Positions 25,956 through 32,276 of a stretch of 32,276 nt of DNA are shown one piece after another (the stretch's first letter is position 1; the number at the start of each line of letters is the position of its first letter). The stretch lies in IMG/VR virus record IMGVR_UViG_3300012953_000111, positions 1-32,276 of that record; one strand, given 5' to 3'. The notes beneath the pieces are model-generated. The model did not search any database. It saw only the letters and a program-made list of their open reading frames with translations, and was not told the DNA's origin. Both the position numbers and the translations under genes were made by a program. The stretch comes from a virus. Lineage: Duplodnaviria > Caudoviricetes.

Positions 25956-28382
25956 TTAAAAAATTAAATTGTGCTGTGTTTCATCTTCATGAGTAGGTCT
26001 AATACGGATCCACTTACCTTTATTGTCTCTCTTTACTTCTGCTTCTACCTTTTGTGTGTAAAAAGCATAGGCTTTTAACCACTTATAGAAACGTGTCATT
26101 GACAGCTTTCTTTTACCTGTAGACCCAAAGTCAGGATACACCTGCACAAACTCAGCAAATAAAAAGTTCATATATATTTTTTCATTGACGGGAAGTAAAT
26201 TATTAGGTTCACTTCCTGGAAGGAGTCCACACCACTCTGCAAACTCTTCATCTGTCTCTATCATAAAGCCTTTGATCTTAATATTTTTTTGCTCTCCTAC
26301 AATCAATCCTCTTTTAAGTTTTAATTGCACACATGAAATCATATAATTATCAAACTGACACCACTCCTCTTCATCCCATCCACCAAACAAATACTTACCG
26401 AACTCATCTAAAGGTGTATTTAATTCATTATAGTGTTGGCTCAGTTCCAGTTCCCACTTACGCCTGGTAAACGAGTTCCCCCTACCTTTGATTACATAGT
26501 TGGTAGTTATAGCAATCTTTGGGCTTTTGCTAAATGGTATAGTTATAGCTTGTTTGTTTTTCTTTTCTATAGTAAGTGACTCAGTGATGACACTAAATAG
26601 TCTTTCAAAAGGGAAGTCTTTTTTTACATCATCAAATACTATAATCTGAGTATCGGGAGAGACTGTTTGATAATTGAAAGACTTCTCAAAATTAAAAGCT
26701 TTACCGTCTATAGTCACTAACTTTTTGATTGCACTTATAGCTTGGAAAAATATTCCTTTTCCTGTACCACCCTCAGCCCTGTCAGAGATCTGTTCATCTA
26801 ATAAAATTAATGCTGGACAAAAGGAAATGTCTTTGTAACCGTGTAGCATAAAACCAATAGTAGATTCCATTGATTTTATTCTAGACTCCTGATTGTCACA
26901 GATATTAGAAATAAATCTTTTATAATCCCCTTTCCTTATTTCGCATTCAGTAAAAGGCCTATCAATGATATGGTCTTTCCATACAAATCCTGGCAAATCT
27001 AAATAGTCAATAGGAGTTAGCTCATCTTCTGTAATCTTTATAGCTTTGTTTTCATAAAACAAATAGCATTCTTTTTGAGTGTCTTCAATAAAAAATATGT
27101 CTATGGTATCAAGAAGAGTTAAGAACTCCTCTTTAAATAGTCTCGTCTGGTCAGCAAAATAGTTATAGACAGACATGTCGTCTAGTTCTATAAGATATCC
27201 TAGTATAAAGTCTTTTATCTCTTTTTCTGTTGAGTAATTTACAAGATTGTTTGTTACACGTACAAACATATAAGCCTTTTGATCTTCAGGACAGTATTTA
27301 TAAAAACCATGTGACTGTAAAAAGTTTTTAAATATTAAGGGTAATGCCTTTACAATACCCTTACTGCTTTTGGTCCAAAACTTTACGGAGTTGTCTTCTT
27401 CAGCTTTTTCGATTACGGAGTCTATTAGTTCCGTGTCCAACATCGACCCCTCTAACTGTTGGCGGATTACTTTTTTTGATTCACCACGTCTTAGCCGTTG
27501 CTGAATATCGTTTACTTTCTCTTCGTCCTCGTAATATTTAGAGTTGAATTTATCCTTATGTGCATAAGCAGACTTGATAATTTTCTCTATTTCTCTTTGA
27601 GTAAAGTCAGAAGTTGCATACTGATTGAGTATTACTCTTGTCATTGTCTGTGCTATACCATACTCATTCAAAGCCATGGCCAAAGTAAATGCGTTAGCAT
27701 TACGCATTCCCTCAACCATAGGAAATTTTTTGGTATGCCATTTAACTAATATAGATACTATCTTATTCTCATCAGTAATTGGAATGGTTCTTATACCCGC
27801 CTCCTTGCTTATCTCTTTGTATTTTAGATCTTCAACCTTATCCCACACCTCTGAACTAGGATTTATATATATCTTATCATCATAAGACTCATAACAAACC
27901 CTGCTTATGTTCTTTGATGTCTTGTCAAAGTAGTCGGACTTGAAGTGTTTCTCTAAAGCTAAAAAATATCCAACATGATTGTCTGGTTGATCAGGAACTT
28001 TGATTAATACTTTCAATCCTTTTCCAGAAGGAGAAATAAAAACTGAATAAACATATTTATTTTTTGAATATTTACTCTTATCATTTTTTAAATCTTCGTT
28101 TTTAGAATACCCATCAAGATCAAGACATATAAGCTGACTGTACTTTATAAGTGATACATCACTTCGCTTTGTGAATTTCCCTGAGAAACAAATGCTAGGT
28201 AAACTTTGTTTTAATTCATTACGTTTAGTCTTGTTTGTCTCAGTTCTAATTTTTTTAATAAGTTCTTTTGATGCACCATTCTTTATTCTTTCAAGTATTT
28301 TTGTAACTGGCCTATGAAAAGGAGTGTCAGTTTCTTTAATATTTTTAAAAATAGTTACGATTTTATCTGAATCTGTGCTCAT
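25956..28382 (-). CDS. primase-helicase (VirE/BT4734-like N-terminal domain + PriCT-like + SF3-type helicase)
   Basis: 808 aa. 'K..LPSICFSGKF', 'CLDLD', 'FISPSGKGLKVL', 'D..SKNISRVCYESYD', then 'GMRNANAF.LA', Walker A 'GGTGKG', Walker B 'IVFDD' and 'ITTNY'. Confidence 0.85.
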   Translation of the reverse strand: MSTDSDKIVTIFKNIKETDTPFHRPVTKILERIKNGASKELIKKIRTETNKTKRNELKQSLPSICFSGKFTKRSDVSLIKYSQLICLDLDGYSKNEDLKNDKSKYSKNKYVYSVFISPSGKGLKVLIKVPDQPDNHVGYFLALEKHFKSDYFDKTSKNISRVCYESYDDKIYINPSSEVWDKVEDLKYKEISKEAGIRTIPITDENKIVSILVKWHTKKFPMVEGMRNANAFTLAMALNEYGIAQTMTRVILNQYATSDFTQREIEKIIKSAYAHKDKFNSKYYEDEEKVNDIQQRLRRGESKKVIRQQLEGSMLDTELIDSVIEKAEEDNSVKFWTKSSKGIVKALPLIFKNFLQSHGFYKYCPEDQKAYMFVRVTNNLVNYSTEKEIKDFILGYLIELDDMSVYNYFADQTRLFKEEFLTLLDTIDIFFIEDTQKECYLFYENKAIKITEDELTPIDYLDLPGFVWKDHIIDRPFTECEIRKGDYKRFISNICDNQESRIKSMESTIGFMLHGYKDISFCPALILLDEQISDRAEGGTGKGIFFQAISAIKKLVTIDGKAFNFEKSFNYQTVSPDTQIIVFDDVKKDFPFERLFSVITESLTIEKKNKQAITIPFSKSPKIAITTNYVIKGRGNSFTRRKWELELSQHYNELNTPLDEFGKYLFGGWDEEEWCQFDNYMISCVQLKLKRGLIVGEQKNIKIKGFMIETDEEFAEWCGLLPGSEPNNLLPVNEKIYMNFLFAEFVQVYPDFGSTGKRKLSMTRFYKWLKAYAFYTQKVEAEVKRDNKGKWIRIRPTHEDETQHNLIF

Positions 28383-28416
28383 TTTGTGTTGGTTTTATTT
28401 CTTGTAAGTATTGTTT

Positions 28417-28537
28417 TTGTTAACAAGTGTTGATAATGTTGATTTTAATTTAAAAAATTTAATTGAAATAATTATAAAAATTATATATATATAAAAAATA
28501 AAATAGAAAAACGGAAAAAAATTAACATTTCTGACAC
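28417..28537. other. candidate replication origin
   Basis: 70 nt (28442-28511) contain only 2 G and no C. Flanked by a 15/20 inverted repeat (28427-28446 and 28518-28537) and the palindrome TTGTTAACAA, just upstream of the primase-helicase. Confidence 0.5.
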
Positions 28538-28538
28538 C

Positions 28539-28563
28539 AAAAAAGAGGGATGCTACCCCTCTC
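28539..28563 (-). terminator. Rho-independent terminator after the SSB-like gene
   Basis: Minus strand reads AGAGGGGT-AGC-ATCCCTCT followed by a T run. Confidence 0.7.
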
Positions 28564-28579
28564 TTGGTTCAGATTTAAA

Positions 28580-28852
28580 TTAAAATGGTAAGTCTGGATC
28601 TTCTATAGTTTCTTTTTTAGCTGAAGAATCACTCCCTTGCTTTTCTTCTGAAGCCTTAACATAAGGTTCGCTAAATGTTAAAGAAAGTTTTATTTCTCCT
28701 GATTGAGTTTCTCCTTTCCATGCAGCAATGTCTATTTGTTTGCCATCTAAGGTTGTCCCTGATCCTTTCATATCAGGTTGCTTATCTTCAGTTTTATAAT
28801 TGTTTTTGAATAAGGTAGCTTTACCGTTCTTGTGTATAAATTTTTCACTCAT
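28580..28852 (-). CDS. putative single-stranded DNA-binding protein
   Basis: 90 aa. 'LFKN..K..DKQPD..G......IAAW.......LSL.FSEPY' and an acidic tail ending 'EDPDLPF'. Downstream of ERF and the exonuclease. Confidence 0.7.
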   Translation of the reverse strand: MSEKFIHKNGKATLFKNNYKTEDKQPDMKGSGTTLDGKQIDIAAWKGETQSGEIKLSLTFSEPYVKASEEKQGSDSSAKKETIEDPDLPF

Positions 28853-28855
28853 AGT

Positions 28856-29650
28856 TTAAAAATTAAGGTTATATATAATATTTTTTATTTCTTCTGTTTT
28901 ATCCTCAGCATAGTAGGTTTCGTATAACTGGATTGCTTTCTCTACTTTTTGTTTCCCCTGGAGGATTGTTTCATCACTTACAGGGCAAACATAAATTTCA
29001 TGGTAGAGTTCTCCTGAATTACCATACTCTTTTTGTGCTTTGTCAATAGCAACAAAAGTCATACTCTTTCCTGACAGTTCAGTATAGATGTATGCTTGGG
29101 TATCATAGTAGTATCTATTCTTACCACTCCAAACAAACTCTTCAATAGTTTTTGCTGAAGTAGTTTTAAGATCTACCACAATACCTTTACTAATAATGTC
29201 GGCTTTCATTTTAAATTTATGACCTTTAATTTCACCAACAATTGGTTCTTCATATTTAGCCTGATCATTACATATTAGTTCTGTCAGTTGCTCGTTTCTA
29301 CTTAATACTTGATCAGCCATTTGCTCAATAGTATTTGCCTCAGACTCTTTTAAAACAAAAGTCAAATTGTTTTCTTGTAGATATTCTTTATATGCCTTAC
29401 CTCTAGTTTCAGTTGCTGACCATATTGGAAAGTCTTTTGCTTTTTTAGGTTCTAAAATAAGCTGATGAAAATATCTACCCTTTACAAAGTTTTCGTTATC
29501 AGGTTCTATTTTACCAAACTGTTTAAACGTATGGGTTTGGAGGTTCTTTATGTCAGAGTTGGATAGCCATTGCTTTCCAAACTTTCCATAATAATGCTCA
29601 TCAATCCTTAGCTTATCTATGATCTCTTTTTTACTTAATTTTTTCTCCAT
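28856..29650 (-). CDS. PD-(D/E)xK exonuclease (RecE/ExoVIII, DUF3799-like)
   Basis: 'YY......LSNSDIK', 'G..FH..ILEP', 'KMKADII....VVDLKTT' and 'Y..QAYIY'. Confidence 0.82.
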   Translation of the reverse strand: MEKKLSKKEIIDKLRIDEHYYGKFGKQWLSNSDIKNLQTHTFKQFGKIEPDNENFVKGRYFHQLILEPKKAKDFPIWSATETRGKAYKEYLQENNLTFVLKESEANTIEQMADQVLSRNEQLTELICNDQAKYEEPIVGEIKGHKFKMKADIISKGIVVDLKTTSAKTIEEFVWSGKNRYYYDTQAYIYTELSGKSMTFVAIDKAQKEYGNSGELYHEIYVCPVSDETILQGKQKVEKAIQLYETYYAEDKTEEIKNIIYNLNF

Positions 29651-30284
29651 CGTATATTTCTTTAATATGTTTTTCAGTTTTTATATTATATGTGTACTGC
29701 TTTTTTAGGTTTGTCATAATAGTTTTAAAATCGTTTCCATCATCTCTGTACTTTACGATCTTATGCAATACATTATACCAGTTGTCATCACCTATATCAA
29801 GGGACATTACCTGAGTCTCCTTGTTTTTTTTAGGTGCAGATTTCTTTACTTCTTTTTTAGGAATGCCAAGGTTTAAATTATTCTTGTTTGTAGGCAGTTC
29901 CAATTTACTAAATGCATCAGTATCTTCATCGCTTACAATACCTAAAGCCGATGATAATTGGTATCTTTTAAAATAAGTGCAACCACTACCGAGAGACTGC
30001 AAAGAATTTTGTCCTTTCAACTCTACTAGAGGAATGTCTACTGTGCTAGAATTACTTTCCCCACTTGCTATATGGAAGATTGTAGTCGTTACACAAGTAT
30101 TTCCAGTATCAGGGTTAGTCCCTAACATCTGAGTAAATCCAAGTCCATGCTTTTTCATTAATGGATTGATGGAGTAAATAATTTTAGTGAGGTCAACATA
30201 CTTATATTGAAATCCTTGGGTATCTTTTAATAATACAGGGCATTCTTGTTGGAATCCTGCTAGTGCTTTATAATAATTTTTCAT
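29631..30284 (-). CDS. erf: ERF-family ssDNA annealing protein
   Basis: 'YKYVDL..I...INPLMKKHGLGFTQ', 'H.ASGE' and 'QSLGSGCTYFKRYQLSSALGIVSDEDTD' match the ERF signature. Confidence 0.85.
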   Translation of the reverse strand: MKNYYKALAGFQQECPVLLKDTQGFQYKYVDLTKIIYSINPLMKKHGLGFTQMLGTNPDTGNTCVTTTIFHIASGESNSSTVDIPLVELKGQNSLQSLGSGCTYFKRYQLSSALGIVSDEDTDAFSKLELPTNKNNLNLGIPKKEVKKSAPKKNKETQVMSLDIGDDNWYNVLHKIVKYRDDGNDFKTIMTNLKKQYTYNIKTEKHIKEIYDGEKIK

Positions 30285-30673
30285 TTTAGTTGGTTTAATT
30301 TAAAGGTTATATTACTTCTTTTTTTTAAGATGTTTTCTTTACGAACTCTTAATCGTTTAATTTCTTTTAAAGACATATTGTTATTCATCTCATAACGAAT
30401 ACTGTCTTGAATGTCATCCAGTTTTTTATCATACTGAATTATTTTAAATTTATAAATCCCATGTCGCCATCCCTTTTTAAAAAAAGTATAATGATCTTCA
30501 CTTAACTCTAGATCATAATCTTTCAAAGGTTTATATAATTTTATGGATTCGAAGTCGTTCACAATTTTTACCCCTTTATAAATATAACTTTGATATTCTT
30601 TTTTACTTAAAGAGACAGCTTCTTCATCGTTCTTTGCTTGATCAAAAATTATATTTAGTTCTTCTTTAGTCAA
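30281..30673 (-). CDS. hypothetical protein
   Basis: 130-aa ORF with a coiled-coil-like C-terminus, overlapping both neighbours. Confidence 0.65.
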   Translation of the reverse strand: MTKEELNIIFDQAKNDEEAVSLSKKEYQSYIYKGVKIVNDFESIKLYKPLKDYDLELSEDHYTFFKKGWRHGIYKFKIIQYDKKLDDIQDSIRYEMNNNMSLKEIKRLRVRKENILKKRSNITFKLNQLK

Positions 30674-30962
30674 GGATGCTTAGTTTATCAATTACTACCT
30701 GAAGATCAGCATCTTCTTTTATCTTGTTTTCTATTACAGATATACCATGTGTGATAGGGGAACGATTTAATGATGATCCATTATTTTCCATGTATAACTT
30801 TATCATAGCCGTTGTGATACCTCGCTGATGACACAGATAAAACAATGTGTGTCTAGCAAGTACGATCTCACTATTTTGGTTTGGTTTAAAAAACTCTTCA
30901 CGAGTAATTCTAGTGTGTTTGCAGATATTATCCACAAACCCATTAAAGATGTGTTCTTTCAT
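30666..30962 (-). CDS. second, more divergent DnaA domain IV-like protein
   Basis: 'ICKHTRITREEFF......IVLARHTLFYLC ... RSPITHGISVIENKIKEDADLQVVIDKL' follows the helix pattern of DnaA domain IV. Confidence 0.65.
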   Translation of the reverse strand: MKEHIFNGFVDNICKHTRITREEFFKPNQNSEIVLARHTLFYLCHQRGITTAMIKLYMENNGSSLNRSPITHGISVIENKIKEDADLQVVIDKLSILD

Positions 30963-31129
30963 TTTTTATTATTAGTTTGGATTATTAACCGATTGAATAA
31001 TTTAAAGTCGGTTATACTTTTAAAAGGAATTTGGGATCTCTCTCTTTTTTTTGTGTTAGAATAAGAGATGAACTGTGCTTCATCATCATGTATAAAGTCA
31101 TCAAGTTCTGTGTTGGTTAGGTTAGGCAT
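30959..31129 (-). CDS. hypothetical 56-aa protein (not in the ORF track)
   Basis: MPNLTNTELDDFIHDDEAQFISYSNTKKRERSQIPFKSITDFKLFNRLIIQTNNKK*. Its stop forms an ATGA overlap with the start at 30962. Confidence 0.6.
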   Translation of the reverse strand: MPNLTNTELDDFIHDDEAQFISYSNTKKRERSQIPFKSITDFKLFNRLIIQTNNKK

Positions 31130-31155
31130 TTGATTAAATTTAATTAAATTTTATA

Positions 31156-31163
31156 CGAAATTA
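31156..31163 (-). promoter_or_regulatory. possible variant -7 element (TAATTTCG)
   Basis: One mismatch to TAnnTTTG, located between a terminator and ATG 31129. Confidence 0.35.
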
Positions 31164-31212
31164 AGCAATTGTATGTTTAATTCCTAATTATATTTTAGAT
31201 TTTTTTTAGATG

Positions 31213-31239
31213 AAAAAGGGCAACATTTCTGCTACCCTC
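31213..31239 (-). terminator. Rho-independent terminator
   Basis: Minus strand reads AGGGTAGCA-GAAA-TGTTGCCCT-TTTT: a 9-bp stem with G-U pairs and a GNRA tetraloop. Confidence 0.8.
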
Positions 31240-31348
31240 TCTCTCTAACAACAGATTAATCACTTGCTCAAGTAATCTTCAGAAACAAGTAGCTAGTCAT
31301 AATTAAGAACTTTGATATACTAGACTATGACTAAGCTAACTTATCTCT

Positions 31349-31531
31349 TCACTTAGATTTAAACTTTGCAAGTTTCTTTTTAAGGTTTCTTATTTTAGCC
31401 CTATATCCAGAATTCTTTTTTTTCTGGTATGCTAATTCTTTTCTTAACTTCTCGTTTGATAAAGTTAAGAAATTAGTATCAGTTTCAGATACTATATCAT
31501 CATCTTTAATAAACCATTTGAATATATTCAT
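31349..31531 (-). CDS. hypothetical basic coiled-coil protein
   Basis: 60-aa ORF, ATGA-coupled to the upstream ORF. Confidence 0.6.
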   Translation of the reverse strand: MNIFKWFIKDDDIVSETDTNFLTLSNEKLRKELAYQKKKNSGYRAKIRNLKKKLAKFKSK

Positions 31532-31776
31532 TTTAATAATTTTTTATGTGCATCGAGTTGTTTCAAAGTTAAGGAAATAATTTTTCTTACTTGATTGGAG
31601 TGAAAGATGTAATCTTTTTGTCGTTTCGCATACTTATTTCTTTCAGCCATTTCTTGAGCAATTCTTAACACTTCGTTTTTGCTAGTATAAATTATCTTTA
31701 CTAAATTCTTTTCTATCTTACTATTTTTCTTTTTCATTTTTGATAATCTTGCTATGTACTTTATTATGTTTATCAT
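31528..31776 (-). CDS. hypothetical basic protein
   Basis: 82-aa ORF in a tightly packed small-gene cluster. Confidence 0.6.
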   Translation of the reverse strand: MINIIKYIARLSKMKKKNSKIEKNLVKIIYTSKNEVLRIAQEMAERNKYAKRQKDYIFHSNQVRKIISLTLKQLDAHKKLLK

Positions 31777-31779
31777 GTT

Positions 31780-31986
31780 TTATTTTGCTTTAAGTTTAGT
31801 TAAATTATTTTTTATCATATTAATTGTATCCCCCACATACTCTTGTAGGTGCTGAGTATCTTCAAAGGTAGACTCTTTTTTAAACTGAGCCTTCTTAATC
31901 TCTGAGACTGATTCTTTTATTTCTTTTAGGTTTTCAAGTAAGTCTTTGCCTACTGTTCCTAAATCGCTTTCTTCTATTATTGTCAT
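31780..31986 (-). CDS. hypothetical protein
   Basis: 68-aa ORF in the small-gene cluster. Confidence 0.6.
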   Translation of the reverse strand: MTIIEESDLGTVGKDLLENLKEIKESVSEIKKAQFKKESTFEDTQHLQEYVGDTINMIKNNLTKLKAK

Positions 31987-32123
31987 GGCTTTAATAAATT
32001 AATTAATGTTCTGTTGCGTTCCTCCTCTGATCCATAAAGCAAATTATGTTGTTGCTCTTTTGATAAAGGAGGAATATTGTTTTTTTCTAATAGGTATTTA
32101 AGTTGGTTTATCTTTTTATTCAT
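31983..32123 (-). CDS. hypothetical 46-aa protein (not in the ORF track)
   Basis: MNKKINQLKYLLEKNNIPPLSKEQQHNLLYGSEEERNRTLINLLKP*, with ATGA overlaps at both ends. Confidence 0.65.
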   Translation of the reverse strand: MNKKINQLKYLLEKNNIPPLSKEQQHNLLYGSEEERNRTLINLLKP

Positions 32124-32275
32124 TTTATAGGGGGTTTAGTTACTCCATTTACAATCTCATCAATTGCTTGAACACAATCCTCAGCATTTATTTTATTGTT
32201 ATTGTATGCTTCTAGATTAAATTGAATTGATTTTTTTAAATCGTTTATATATATTGGATTTCCTTTTGAATTTAA
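32120..32275 (-). CDS. 3' end of a hypothetical protein (partial)
   Basis: Open frame ...LNSKGNPIYINDLKKSIQFNLEAYNNNKINAEDCVQAIDEIVNGVTKPPIK*. Its stop forms an ATGA overlap with the start at 32123. Confidence 0.6.
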   Translation of the reverse strand, partial: LNSKGNPIYINDLKKSIQFNLEAYNNNKINAEDCVQAIDEIVNGVTKPPIK

Positions 32276-32276
32276 G

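Noticed and set aside
763-27885. Alternative-strand ORFs in the track (e.g. 763..1002, 4899..5178, 12703..13071, 16105..16563, 17419..18318, 22798..23100, 27344..27885)
   Set aside because: They lie antisense to long genes with recognisable motifs and have shadow-ORF composition.
30828-31064. + strand 78-aa ORF
   Set aside because: It is antisense to two ATGA-coupled - strand genes that explain the region better.
1-32276. Stop-codon reassignment as in some crAss-like phages
   Set aside because: Genes tile densely under the standard code, and TAA, TAG and TGA all serve as stops at sensible gene boundaries.

Overview
This AT-rich window is a fragment of a tailed dsDNA phage genome, with podovirus-like gene order. 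The host is most likely Bacteroidota (Flavobacteriia-like), inferred from TAnnTTTG promoter elements, A-rich leaders without Shine-Dalgarno sites and a VirE/BT4734-type primase. The + strand (1-23175) is a late/virion block: small capsid-associated proteins, two tail ring/adaptor proteins, a tail nozzle ('stabilization') protein, a GNAT-like protein and three internal/ejection proteins, the largest a 2641-aa HExxH polyvalent protein. The - strand (23153-32276) is a replication/recombination block: VRR-NUC, SF2 helicase, primase-helicase, SSB-like protein, PD-(D/E)xK exonuclease, ERF, two stand-alone DnaA domain IV-like proteins, an RNAP alpha-CTD-like protein and a candidate origin. The strongest candidate for a new system is in the nozzle gene, which appears split in two. 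The ~5.4 kb between the halves encodes Cys-rich modular surface proteins with mucin-like Pro/Thr linkers plus a GT60-family (polypeptide GlcNAc-transferase-like) glycosyltransferase, suggesting dedicated O-glycosylation of the tail tip. All family calls come from motif recognition by eye; no searches were run.
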